Positions 49,497 through 61,200 of a stretch of 64,000 nucleotides of DNA are shown piece after piece. Position 1 is the first letter of the stretch, and every line of letters starts with the position of its first letter. The notes beneath the pieces were generated by a model, which was not told where the DNA came from, searched no databases, and saw nothing but the letters and a program-made list of their open reading frames with translations. A program made the position numbers and the translations under genes. Location of the stretch: contig CAWIYZ010000021.1 of NCBI GenBank assembly GCA_963840425.1, positions 21,075-85,074 on the forward strand, in the 5' to 3' direction. The stretch is from an uncultured Alphaproteobacteria bacterium. Its GTDB lineage: Bacteria; Pseudomonadota; Alphaproteobacteria; Rhizobiales; Hyphomicrobiaceae.

Positions 49497-52448
49497 ATGT
49501 CACGGCAACCCCAGAACGACGCCTTTGCACGCACCTCGTTCCTGCAAGGCGCCAATGCCGCCTACATCGAGGAGCTGCAGGCGCAGTACGAGAAGAATCC
49601 AGGGTCGGTCAGTGACGAGTGGCGGCTGTTCTTCCAAAGCCTGCAGGAGGAGCAGGGCAAGGCAACGGCGGAAGCCAATGGGCCTTCATGGGCCGCGTCC
49701 CTCGACGACCTGCAAACCAACGGCGAGCTTGTTGCGGCCCTGACCGGCGACTACGGCGCGCAGGAGCGCGACCTGCGCGACAAGATTTCGGCCCGCGCCC
49801 AGGTCAGCGGCTATGAGATTTCACCCGCGGCGTCCTTTCGCGCCACCCAGGACAGCTTGCGCGCCCTCATGCTCATTCGCGCTTATCGCGTGATGGGCCA
49901 TCTCGCGGCCGATCTCGATCCGCTCGGCATCGCCGACCGCAAGGCGCATAAAGAGCTGCGGCCCGAGACCTACGGTTTCACCGACGCCGACCTCGACCGG
50001 CCCATCTTCATCGACAAGGTGCTGGGCCTCGAGACGGCCACTGTGCGCCAGATCTTGCGCATTCTCCGCCGTACCTACTGCCGCCACATCGGCGTCGAGT
50101 TCATGCACATCACCAGCCCGCAGCAGAAGGCTTGGATTCAGGAGCGCATCGAGGGCCCGGACAAGGAGATCAACTTCACGGTCGAGGGCAAGAAGGCCAT
50201 CCTCAACAAGCTGATCGAGGCCGAGGCCTTCGAGAAATTCGCTGATGTCAAATACACCGGCACCAAGCGCTTTGGACTGGATGGTGCCGAGTTGGTGGTG
50301 CCGGCGCTCGAGCAGATCATCAAGCGCGGCGGCCAGCTCGGCTTGAAGGAGATCGTCATCGGCATGGCGCATCGCGGGCGCCTCAATGTGCTCGCCAACG
50401 TCATGGGCAAGCCGCACCGCGCCATCTTCAACGAGTTCAAGGGTGGCTCGTTCAAGCCCGACGACGTGGAGGGCTCGGGCGACGTCAAGTATCACCTCGG
50501 CGCCTCGTCCGACCGCGAGTTCGATGGCAACAAGGTGCACCTGTCGCTGACCGCCAATCCCTCGCACCTGGAGATCGTCGATCCGGTGGTGCTGGGCAAG
50601 GTGCGCGCCAAGCAGGACCAGCACGGTTGCGCGCCCGGCGAACGCACGTCGGTTCTCCCGCTGTTGATCCATGGCGACGCGGCCTTCGCGGGCCAGGGCG
50701 TGGTCGCCGAATGCTTCGGCCTGTCCGGCCTCAAGGGCCATCGCACTGGCGGCTCCATCCACGTCATCATCAACAACCAGATCGGCTTCACCACCAATCC
50801 GCGCTACTCGCGCTCCTCTCCCTATTGCTCCGACGTCGCCAAGATGGTCGAGGCGCCGATCTTCCACGTGAACGGCGACGATCCCGAGGCCGTCGTGCAT
50901 GTCGCAAAGATCGCGACGGAATTTCGCCAGCGCTTTCAGAAGCCGGTCGTCATCGACATGTTCTGCTATCGCCGGTACGGCCACAACGAGTTGGACGAGC
51001 CGGCGTTCACGCAGCCGATCATGTACCGCAAGATCAAGTCGCATCCGTCCGCGGTGCAGATCTACTCCAAGCAGCTCATTGATGGCGGGGTCATCACGGC
51101 CGGCGACTTCGAAGGTATGCAGGGGCGCTTTCGTGCCCATCTCGATGAGGAGTTGGCCGCAGCCGAAGGCTACAAGCCGAACAAGGCGGATTGGTTGGAT
51201 GGTCGCTGGTCGGCCATCGGCTTCGCCGAGGATGAGGCGCGCCGCGGCGACACCGGCGTGCCCGTCGAGACGCTGAAGGAAGTCGGCCGGCGCATTACGG
51301 CGGTCCCGCAGGACTTCAACGCGCACAGGACGATCCAGCGCCTGTTGCAGCGTCGTCGTGAGATGGTGGATACCGGCGAGGATATCGATTGGTCCATGGC
51401 CGAGCATCTCGCTCTGGGCACGCTGCTCAGGGAAGGCTTTCCCGTCCGCCTGTCTGGCCAGGACTTCGAGCGCGGCACCTTCTCGCAGCGCCACTCCGTG
51501 CTCTTCGATCAGGAGACCGAGCGCCGTTACACGCCGCTGAAATACGTATCTCCCGACCAGGCCCGCTTCGAGGTCATCAACTCGATGCTGTCGGAGGAGG
51601 CCGTGCTGGCTTTCGAATACGGCTACACGCTGGCTGAGCCCAACGCGCTCACCATGTGGGAGGCCCAATTCGGCGACTTTGCCAACGGGGCGCAAGTGGT
51701 CTTCGATCAGTTCCTCTCCTCCGGCGAGCGCAAGTGGCTGCGCATGTCGGGCCTCGTGTGCCTGCTGCCGCACGGCTACGAGGGTCAGGGGCCGGAGCAT
51801 TCCTCGGCTCGCCTGGAGCGTTTTCTGCAATCGTGCGCGGAGGACAACTGGCAGGTCGCCAATTGCACGACGCCGGCCAACTATTTCCACATCCTGCGCC
51901 GGCAGATGCACCGCAAGTTCAGGAAGCCGCTGATCCTCATGACGCCGAAGTCGCTGCTGCGGCACAAGCGGGTCGTGTCAAGCCTGGACGAGATGGGCAC
52001 CGGCACCAGCTTCCACCGCGTTCTATGGGACGATGCCCAGCATCGAAGCGAGCAGAAGATCGCCCTGAAGCCTGACGCTCAGATCAGGCGCGTCGTGCTC
52101 TCCTCAGGCAAGATCTACTACGATCTCTACGAGGGCCGGGAGGCAGCCGGCATCGATGATGTCTACTTGATGCGCGTGGAGCAGCTTTATCCGTTCCCCG
52201 CGCGCGCCCTCTTGCAAGAGCTCGGGCGCTTCCCCAACGCCGAGGTCGTCTGGGCGCAGGAGGAGCCGAAGAACATGGGCGCGTGGAGTTTCATCGAGCC
52301 CAATCTCGAGTGGGTGCTAGAGCGCGCGGGCGGCAAGTCCAAGCGGGCAAGCTACGTCGGACGCGCATCCTCGGCAGCGACCGCAACCGGCCTCGCCAGC
52401 AAGCACGCGCAGGAGCAGAAGGCGATCGTCGAGCAGGCGCTCGCATGA
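49497..52448 (+). CDS. sucA: 2-oxoglutarate dehydrogenase E1 component
   Basis: ORF 49410-52448; ATG at 49497 (MSRQPQNDAFARTSFLQGANAAYIEELQ); 983 aa. It has ThDP-binding and transketolase-like domains. Confidence 0.95.
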   Translation: MSRQPQNDAFARTSFLQGANAAYIEELQAQYEKNPGSVSDEWRLFFQSLQEEQGKATAEANGPSWAASLDDLQTNGELVAALTGDYGAQERDLRDKISARAQVSGYEISPAASFRATQDSLRALMLIRAYRVMGHLAADLDPLGIADRKAHKELRPETYGFTDADLDRPIFIDKVLGLETATVRQILRILRRTYCRHIGVEFMHITSPQQKAWIQERIEGPDKEINFTVEGKKAILNKLIEAEAFEKFADVKYTGTKRFGLDGAELVVPALEQIIKRGGQLGLKEIVIGMAHRGRLNVLANVMGKPHRAIFNEFKGGSFKPDDVEGSGDVKYHLGASSDREFDGNKVHLSLTANPSHLEIVDPVVLGKVRAKQDQHGCAPGERTSVLPLLIHGDAAFAGQGVVAECFGLSGLKGHRTGGSIHVIINNQIGFTTNPRYSRSSPYCSDVAKMVEAPIFHVNGDDPEAVVHVAKIATEFRQRFQKPVVIDMFCYRRYGHNELDEPAFTQPIMYRKIKSHPSAVQIYSKQLIDGGVITAGDFEGMQGRFRAHLDEELAAAEGYKPNKADWLDGRWSAIGFAEDEARRGDTGVPVETLKEVGRRITAVPQDFNAHRTIQRLLQRRREMVDTGEDIDWSMAEHLALGTLLREGFPVRLSGQDFERGTFSQRHSVLFDQETERRYTPLKYVSPDQARFEVINSMLSEEAVLAFEYGYTLAEPNALTMWEAQFGDFANGAQVVFDQFLSSGERKWLRMSGLVCLLPHGYEGQGPEHSSARLERFLQSCAEDNWQVANCTTPANYFHILRRQMHRKFRKPLILMTPKSLLRHKRVVSSLDEMGTGTSFHRVLWDDAQHRSEQKIALKPDAQIRRVVLSSGKIYYDLYEGREAAGIDDVYLMRVEQLYPFPARALLQELGRFPNAEVVWAQEEPKNMGAWSFIEPNLEWVLERAGGKSKRASYVGRASSAATATGLASKHAQEQKAIVEQALA

Positions 52449-52612
52449 TGATCGAAATTCGCCCATGCTCGCTGCATCGCTCTGGGTGAGGCGCATTGAT
52501 GGCTCTCTCGGCACCGATAAGCCTCCACTCTGCGTCCCCGGCCAGCGAGCGATGGCGAGCTGAGCCGGGGTCTTTCCCGCCGACGAATGCACGGGCGGTT
52601 GCAGCGAACGCG

Positions 52613-52645
52613 GTCGCGAAGTTCGTTCAACGGTTGCCGCAAAAT
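52613..52645. repeat. Fragment of an A-type hairpin repeat
   Basis: GTCGCGAAGTTCGTTCAACGGTTGCCGCAAAAT matches the left arm and loop of the A unit at 42217-42291. The right arm is absent. Confidence 0.5.
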
Positions 52646-52690
52646 CTGGTGGGCTTGCGTGTAGGGGCATTCGCGGCATAGAGGGCTGGG

Positions 52691-53995
<1,305 letters not shown>

Positions 53996-54002
53996 GGGTG
54001 CC

Positions 54003-55406
54003 ATGCCAGAACCCTACGACCTCATCGTCATCGGCACCGGTCCCGGCGGCTACGTGTGCGCCATTCGCGCGGCACAGCTCGGCCTGAAGGTCGCTGTCGT
54101 CGAGAAGCGCGCCATGCACGGTGGTACGTGCCTGAACATCGGTTGCATTCCCTCCAAGGCTCTGCTGCACGCCTCCGAGGCCTATGAGGAAGCCGGCCAC
54201 GCCTTTGCCGGCATGGGCATCGAGGTCGCGCCCAAGCTCGATCTGGCAAAAATGCTCGCGTTCAAGGACCAGGGCGTCAAAGGCAACGTCGACGGCGTCG
54301 CCTTCCTTTTGAAGAAGAACAAGATCGACACGTTCCACGGCACCGCCACCATCATCGGCACCGGCAAGGTTGGCATCGTCCTCAACAGCGGCGACCGCCA
54401 GCAGCTCGAAACGAAGTCCATCGCCATCGCCACGGGCTCGGACGTGGCGCGCCTGCCCGGCATCAGCATCGACGAGAAGACCATCGTCTCGTCGACCGGC
54501 GCACTGGCGCTGGAGCGCGTGCCGAAAAAGATGCTCGTGATCGGCGCTGGCGTGATCGGGCTGGAGCTGGGCTCGGTCTGGCGTCGCCTTGGCGCCGAGG
54601 TGCAGGTGGTCGAATTCCTGGACCGCATTCTCCCCGGCATGGACTTGGACGTCGCGCGCTCCACGCAGCGCATCCTGGCCAAGCAGGGCATGGCCTTCAA
54701 CCTGTCGAGCAAGGTGACGGGCGTCGCCCGCAACGGCGCCGGTCACAAGGTCAGCGTCGAGCCGGCGAGCGGCGGCGCCGCGACCACCGTCGAGGCCGAC
54801 GTGGTGTTGGTATCGATCGGTCGCGTCCCCTACACCGAGGGCCTGGGACTGGAGCGTGCTGGTGTCGCGCTCGACAACAAGAAGCGCGTGGTCGTGGACC
54901 AGCACTTCCAGGCCAACGTGCCGGGTATCTATGCCATCGGCGACGTCGTTGCAGGACCCATGCTGGCTCACAAGGCCGAGGACGAGGGCATGGCGCTGGC
55001 CGAAATCCTGGGCGGCCAGGCCGGCCACGTGAACTACGATGTCATCCCCAACGTGATCTACACGTTCCCGGAGGTGGCGTCCGTCGGCAAAGGCGAGGAA
55101 GACCTGAAAGCAGCTGGCGTGGCCTACAAGGTCGGCAAGTTCCCGTTCACTGCCAACGGCCGCGCCAAGGTCAACAAGACCACTGACGGCTTTGTGAAGA
55201 TCCTGGCCGACGCAGCCACCGACCGCATTCTGGGCGTGCACATCGTTGGCGCCGCCGCCAGCGAGATGATCGCGGAAGCCGCCGTTATCATGGAGTTTGG
55301 CGGCTCGGCGGAGGACCTGGCGCGCACCTGCCACGCCCACCCGACCTTGACCGAAGCCGTGAAGGAAGCCGCCCTCGCCGTCGACAAGCGCGCGATCCAT
55401 ATGTGA
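54003..55406 (+). CDS. lpdA: Dihydrolipoyl dehydrogenase (E3)
   Basis: [18 protein letters not shown], the redox-active [13 protein letters not shown] motif, and a C-terminal HAHPT motif. Confidence 0.95.
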   Translation: MPEPYDLIVIGTGPGGYVCAIRAAQLGLKVAVVEKRAMHGGTCLNIGCIPSKALLHASEAYEEAGHAFAGMGIEVAPKLDLAKMLAFKDQGVKGNVDGVAFLLKKNKIDTFHGTATIIGTGKVGIVLNSGDRQQLETKSIAIATGSDVARLPGISIDEKTIVSSTGALALERVPKKMLVIGAGVIGLELGSVWRRLGAEVQVVEFLDRILPGMDLDVARSTQRILAKQGMAFNLSSKVTGVARNGAGHKVSVEPASGGAATTVEADVVLVSIGRVPYTEGLGLERAGVALDNKKRVVVDQHFQANVPGIYAIGDVVAGPMLAHKAEDEGMALAEILGGQAGHVNYDVIPNVIYTFPEVASVGKGEEDLKAAGVAYKVGKFPFTANGRAKVNKTTDGFVKILADAATDRILGVHIVGAAASEMIAEAAVIMEFGGSAEDLARTCHAHPTLTEAVKEAALAVDKRAIHM

Positions 55407-55460
55407 GATCGAACGCATCCGCTCTTGCCCGAAGGCACGACTGACCGGTTCTGCATGCTC

Positions 55461-55533
55461 GTGCCGAAGATGAGCTCCGAGCCATCCCCTTTTCGTCCCC
55501 TCCCCCCTTGCGGGGGAGGGCCAGGGCGGGGGG
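55461..55533. repeat. GC-hairpin intergenic repeat, second copy
   Basis: GTGCCGAAGATG...CCCCTCCCCCCTTGCGGGGGAGGGCCAGGGCGGGGGG, immediately downstream of lpdA. Confidence 0.8.
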
Positions 55534-55650
55534 ACGACACAAGCATGACGCGCCCCGCTTCATCCTGACGGCACGGTGTGCTGGCAAGGACTCTAGCATC
55601 TTTGCCAGCATCGGCGCACAGCCCTCGACATCTACCAAGGAGCGCATGCA

Positions 55651-55923
55651 ATGAGCGCCGCCAAGGCGACCGCCGACACGGACAGTGCGGCATATGCCGC
55701 GATCGAGTTGATCTATCATTCCTACCTCACGGGACTGATCCTGATGCTGGCGTCCCGGGCGGGGCCGGCGCGCGCCGCTGAGGTGGTGTTTCGGACGTTT
55801 CGGCGGCAGCAACTCGCGCGCTTTCTTCCCGGACTGCAGAAGCTGGGCCTCAGCGAGCTTCCGCACGCTGTGGCCTGCGCGCAATATCACTACCTGTCCA
55901 ATCAGGTCGGGGGCGTTAAGGTC
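55651..55923 (+). pseudogene. 5' stump of an unidentified gene (truncated)
   Basis: A protein-like N-terminus (MSAAKATADTDSAAYAAIELIYHSYLTGLILMLASRAGPARAAEVVFRTFRRQQLARFLPGLQKLGLSELPHAVACAQYHYLSNQVGGVKV) runs directly into the antisense of the SDR stump. The rest of the 220-aa ORF is antisense/repeat read-through. Confidence 0.35.
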
Positions 55924-56124
55924 GGCCGATTTGGTGACATCGGCCGTGACGGCCAGCGCGTCGCCGCCCTGCTGCTTGATAGTCCCGGCTGTGCGCTCCG
56001 CCCCCGGTCCATCGCGATCCACCACCACGACTTTGGCCTTGTATGCGGCAAAGGCCAGCGCTGTGGCGCGCCCGATGCCGTTGCCGGCGCCTGTGATCAG
56101 CGCAACCTTGCCATTGAAGTCCAT
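55921..56124 (-). pseudogene. 5' stump of an SDR-family oxidoreductase gene (first ~68 codons only)
   Basis: MDFNGKVALITGAGNGIGRATALAFAAYKAKVVVVDRDGPGAERTAGTIKQQGGDALAVTADVTKSAD is a textbook SDR N-terminus. SDR similarity stops near 55921 and no catalytic YxxxK region follows. Confidence 0.55.
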
Positions 56125-56223
56125 GGGGCTCCTCCGCCGCGTCCGTTTTTGTACAAACTGCCCCGAGCTTACAGGCATCGGCCCTCCTGTCGAGCCTTGC
56201 CAAGCCGGGCGGATATATCAGCA

Positions 56224-56371
56224 CTAGAGCAGGATCGCTTCGGATTGAATCACTTTTCCAATCGGGGGACGTCTCGGCCGAAGCGTGAATCCTGCTCTAC
56301 ACTTAGGTTTTAGAGTGCGATTCACGCCTCACATGGAAGCGGCAGTGCTTCCATGTGAGGCGATCGCACTC
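56224..56371 (+). repeat. Two-hairpin intergenic repeat (R2 family), copy 1
   Basis: CTAGAGCAGGATCGCTTCGG...CCGAAGCGTGAATCCTGCTCTA plus TAGAGTGCGATTCACGCCTCACATGGAAGC...GCTTCCATGTGAGGCGATCGCACTC. It is nearly identical to 63798-63950. Confidence 0.85.
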
Positions 56372-56478
56372 AAGGCAACAGATCGTTCGCGCACCGTTCC
56401 CGCCTCGCATGACTGTCTTGATTTGGCTACGGTCATCGGCCAAACGGGGCACCTATAGGTGTGAGGGGGAGTAAGCGT

Positions 56479-58260
56479 ATGCCGCGCCTCGGCCGGTCGG
56501 CCGCTGAGATACGGCAGGAATACGATGCTGTGGTGGTCGGTTCCGGCTACGGCGGCGGGGTCGCCGCCTCCCGCTTGGCGCGCATGGGCTTCAAGGTGGC
56601 CGTGCTCGAGCGCGGTCGCGAGTATTTGCCCGGAGATTTCCCCACCGACCTGCTCGGCGCTCAGAGCGAGACGCAGATATCCGGCGCCGGCAAGCGTATC
56701 GGCTCACGCACGGCGCTGTTCGACATGCGGCTCGGTCGCGACGTGCATGTGATGCTCGGGTGCGGTCTTGGCGGCACCTCGCTGATCAACGCCAACGTGT
56801 GTCTCACCCCTGATCCGCTGGTGTTCGAGGACGACGCTTGGCCAGACGCTCTGCGAGCCGATCATTGGCTCAATGTCGGCTTCCACCGAGCCCGTCAGAT
56901 GCTCGCCCCTGAGCCGCTGCCGCTGAAGTCCAATCCGCTGAAGCTGCAGGCTCTGGAGACTGCGGCCAAGTCGTTCGGGCGGCGCGCCGAGCGCGTGCCC
57001 CTGCATATTGCATTCAGCGAGCGCACGAATGCAGCGGGTGCCCTGCAGGCAGCTTGCACGCAGTGCGGCGACTGTATGGGCGGCTGCAATGTCGGCGCGA
57101 AAACGACGGTGCATTCGACCTACCTGGCGGATGCGGCCAATCACGGGGCGGAGATTTTCACGCACACGCTCGTGCGCGCTGTCGAGCCCAGTGGCGACGG
57201 TCGCTGGCGCGTCGTCTATGCGCGTCAGGACCGCCACGACGCGGTCGTGCCGGTACGCGCCGTCAGCGCCCGGCACGTAGTCCTGGCCGCCGGGACGCTC
57301 GGCTCCAGCGAGATCCTGCTGCGCTCACGCGAGCGCGGTCTTCGCGTTTCCGATCAGCTTGGCAAGCGGTTCTCGACCAACGCTGACGCCATCGCTTTCG
57401 GTTACAACAACAAGGCGCCCGTGAACGCGATCGGCGTCGGCCATCCTCCGCGCAAGGAGGTTCCGCGTCCCGGACCCGCCGTGGCAGGGCTCATTGACCT
57501 CAGGCGCCGCCCCGCCCCGGCCGATCGCATCGCCGTCGTCGAAGCCGCCGTGCAGAGCTCGGTGGCCGCGCTGCTGCCGTTCGTCATGCCGTTGGGTGCT
57601 GTAGCCGGCGTCTCGACGGAGAAGGGCATCGCCAGCTTCATCGCCGAGGCCCAACGCACGGCGCAAAGCCTTATTCAAGGCGCCTACTCCGGGGCCGTGC
57701 ACAACACGCAGGTATTTCTGGCGGTGGGTCACGATGGCGCCGCCGGAGAGCTGGCATTGCAAGGTGATCAGGCCGCCATTTCGTGGCCGAACGCGCTGCA
57801 GAACCCGGTTTACGAGCGCATCCACGCCACCTTGGGCAAGGCCGTTGCCGCCACCGGTGGCACGTATGTGCCCAACCCCCTCAGCGGCCGTTTGCTCGGC
57901 GGCAATCTGGTGACGGTCCACCCCCTTGGCGGATGCGGCATGGGGCAGGACCGCAGCACGGGCGTGGTGGACCACGCCTGCCGCGTGTTCGACGCCGATC
58001 CGGCCAGACCAGCCGATGCCGTGCATGCAGGGCTCTACGTCATCGACGGCTCGGTGATGCCGCGCTCGCTCGGCGTTCATCCGCTTCTCACCATCACGGC
58101 GCTGGCTGAGCGCGCGATGATCCTGCTTGCGCGTGCTCATGATCGCGAGCTGTCAGCCGATCCGATGCCGGGCGCACCGCAGCGTGACTTCCGCGGTCCG
58201 GCAGCGCCCGAAAGGAAGCCTGGCATGGTTGCACGCATGCTGGGGCGCAAGACGTCCTGA
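56479..58260 (+). CDS. GMC-family FAD-dependent oxidoreductase (cholesterol-oxidase-like)
   Basis: ORF 56461-58260; ATG at 56479. YDAVVVGSGYGGGVAASRLA dinucleotide-binding motif, the GGTSLINANV motif, and C-terminal HPLGGCGMG ... DGSVMP motifs. Confidence 0.85.
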   Translation: MPRLGRSAAEIRQEYDAVVVGSGYGGGVAASRLARMGFKVAVLERGREYLPGDFPTDLLGAQSETQISGAGKRIGSRTALFDMRLGRDVHVMLGCGLGGTSLINANVCLTPDPLVFEDDAWPDALRADHWLNVGFHRARQMLAPEPLPLKSNPLKLQALETAAKSFGRRAERVPLHIAFSERTNAAGALQAACTQCGDCMGGCNVGAKTTVHSTYLADAANHGAEIFTHTLVRAVEPSGDGRWRVVYARQDRHDAVVPVRAVSARHVVLAAGTLGSSEILLRSRERGLRVSDQLGKRFSTNADAIAFGYNNKAPVNAIGVGHPPRKEVPRPGPAVAGLIDLRRRPAPADRIAVVEAAVQSSVAALLPFVMPLGAVAGVSTEKGIASFIAEAQRTAQSLIQGAYSGAVHNTQVFLAVGHDGAAGELALQGDQAAISWPNALQNPVYERIHATLGKAVAATGGTYVPNPLSGRLLGGNLVTVHPLGGCGMGQDRSTGVVDHACRVFDADPARPADAVHAGLYVIDGSVMPRSLGVHPLLTITALAERAMILLARAHDRELSADPMPGAPQRDFRGPAAPERKPGMVARMLGRKTS

Positions 58261-58291
58261 CCGGCGGCACGGTCTTGGGGGAGATTGAGCC

Positions 58292-61200
58292 ATGCGCCTG
58301 GCGCGCGAACTGGATCAGATGCAGCCGCGATACGACGCGATCGTCGTCGGCTCGGGCTACGGTGCCGGCGTCGCCGCATCCCGGCTCGCGCGCATGGGCC
58401 TTTCCGTTGCCATGCTCGAGCGTGGACGTGAGTTCGCGATTGGCGAGTTTCCCGACACGCTGCCCGAGGCGTTGCAGGAGTGCCAATACCGCTTCGAAAA
58501 CTCTCACCACGGCAAGCGCAGCGGTCTGTTCGAGCTGCACTACGGCCGCGACATGCATGTGCTGGTGGGTTGTGGTCTCGGTGGTACCTCGCTGATCAAT
58601 GCCAATGTCTCGCTGCCGCCCGATCCGCGCGTGTGGGAAGATCCGCGCTGGCCGGCCGAGTTGCTTGCCGACGACATGCTGGAGGAGGGCTTCGCGCGTG
58701 CCCGCCGCATGCTTCGCCCTGTGCCCTATCCAAACAAAGTGCCTCTCGACAAGCTGGCGCGATTGAAGGAGGCGGCGGAGGCGCTGGGCTCCGAGCTCAC
58801 GCATCCGCCCATCAACGTTGCCTTCGAGGACGGGCCGAACGCCGCCGGCGTTGTGCAGCCGGCGTGCACGCTTTGCGGCGATTGCTGCTCCGGCTGCAAC
58901 GTCGGATCGAAGACCACGGTGCAGATGACGTACTTGCCCGACGCTGCGAACCACGGCGCCGAGATCTTCACCGACGCCACCGTCCGTTATCTGCGCAAGG
59001 AGGCCGACGGCTGGCGCGTGTTCTACACACCGACCTCGCAGCGCCGCGATGGCTTCCGCTCGCCCGAGCGCTCGGTGTCGGCGCGCATGGTCGTGCTGGG
59101 CGCCGGCAGTCTCGGCTCCACGGAGATCCTGCTGCGCTCGCGCGAGCAGGGGCTGGCTGTCTCGGACCGGCTCGGGCACGGCTTCACCGGCAACGGTGAC
59201 GTGCTCGCCTTCGCATACAATGGCGAGCGCCCGGTCAACGCTGTTGGCGTTGGCGTCCCGCCAAAGGCCGAAGTGTCGCCGCCGGGACCGTGCATCGCCG
59301 GTGCCATCGATATGAGAGGTTCGACGGCCCTGGAGGACGGCATGATCATCGAGGAAGGCGTGCTGCCTTCCGGACTGGCGGAGATCCTGCCGGCGACCTT
59401 TCACGTCGGCGGCCAACTGTTCGGCAAGGATACCGACAGCGCGTACCTGGATGAATTCCAGGAGGCCGCCCGTCGCGTCAAGAGCACTCTGCTCGGATCG
59501 TGGCGCGGCGCCATGCACAACACCGCGACCTATCTCGTCATGGCGCACGACGATGGCAAGGGGCGGCTCGACCTGGATGACGACCGCATCAGGGTGAGCT
59601 GGCCCGATGTGGCACGCCAGCAGGTGTTTGCGCGCATCGAGGAGAAGCTGCTGCAGACCGCAGCCGCCAATGGCGCCACCTATATCCGCAACCCCATCCA
59701 GAACACGTTCCTCGGCAAGAACCTCATTACGGTGCATCCGCTCGGCGGCTGCGGTATGGGCCGCGACGGTACGCGCGGCGTCGTCGATCATGCTTGCCGT
59801 GTCTACGACACCAGCCCCGGCGCCGATCCCAAGGCCGTGCACCAGGGGCTCTACGTCTGCGACGGCGCTGCCATCCCGCGTCCGGTCGGGGTCAATCCGT
59901 TGTTGACCATTACCGCACTGGCCGAGCGCGCCATGATGCAGGTCGCCGCGGATCTGGAAAAGGCGCTCACTGATGCACCGAAGCCCGATGCGGTGCGGCG
60001 CACGCTGCCGGCACCGCCATCCGCACCCACCGGCTTGTCGGCTTTGGCAAAGTCGCTTCGCTTTCACGATTTGATGCGGACGGGGACTGACTTGCTCTCC
60101 ACGCTCAAAGCCTCCGTGGCTGGTGGCGCGAGCGAGGCCTCTGCGTCAGCCGTTATGGACACCTCGGCAGCGGGTGTCGAGTTCACCGAGCGCATGGTCG
60201 GCCATATCTCGGACCGCGGTGCCGATCACACGGCAGCGGCTGCGGCCGGCAAGGCAGCGGGAAACGAGTTCAGCTTCACCGTCACCGTCCGCATCGCCGA
60301 TGTCGATCGCTTCGTCAGCGATCCGGCGCACGCTGGCACGCTCACCGGCACGGCCCACTGCCCGGTCTTGTCACCCGAGCCGCTCGACATCAGCAACGGC
60401 GTGTTCCGACTGATGCGAAAATCCGACGAGCAGATCGAGACGCGGCTGTTCGAATATCTCATGACGCTCAGCGCTCGCGATGGCAGCAGCTACGCCTTCA
60501 AAGGCATCAAGTACGTACATGACGACCGGCGGCTCGATCTCGTGGCGGATACGACGACGCTGTTCGTGGAGCTGGTGGAGAGCGGCGGAACAGGCAACAA
60601 GGCGCGCGGGGTCTTGAAGATCCGGGCGGCCGATTTTGCCAAGCAGGTGCGTACGCTCAAAGGCACCGGCGGCCGATCGCAGCTCGAGCGCACCAATGCG
60701 GTTGCCAAGTTCGGGGCATTGTTCGCCGGCCAGTTGTTCGACATCTACGGTGACATCTTTGCGCCCGTCCGCCGCTACAATCCGAACCGGGCCCGCAAGA
60801 AACGCGGCCTCGCTGTGGGCGAGCCGGCGGTCCACCTCTTCACGACGGCCGACGGCAAGCGCCTGCAACTGACCCGCTACAAGGGCGGCGACAAAGGCCC
60901 ATTGCTCTTCTCGCATGGCCTCGGCGTCTCGAGCCTTATCTTTCGCATCGACACCATCGACACCAACCTGCTCGAGTATATGTATGCCCGCGGTTACGAC
61001 TGCTGGCTGCTGGATTTCCGGGCCAGCATCGACTTGCCCTATGCCGCGGCTTTGTGGACGGCTGACGATTGTGCCCGCTTCGACTATCAGCCCGCCGTCG
61101 ACCTGATGCGCAAGGAGACTGGAGCAGACAGCGTGCAGGTGATCGCCCACTGCTTTGGCGCCACGACATTCACTATGGCGATGCTCGGCGGTCACCTGAG

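Noticed and set aside
49821-51965. 714-aa minus-strand ORF.
   Set aside because: It is antisense to sucA, another high-GC shadow ORF.
55288-56178. 296-aa minus-strand ORF as one intact gene.
   Set aside because: Only residues 19-86 look like a protein (an SDR N-terminus). The remainder reads through the antisense of another stump, the GC-hairpin repeat and the lpdA 3' end.
58094-60067. 657-aa minus-strand ORF.
   Set aside because: It is antisense to the two GMC oxidoreductase genes and has spurious composition.
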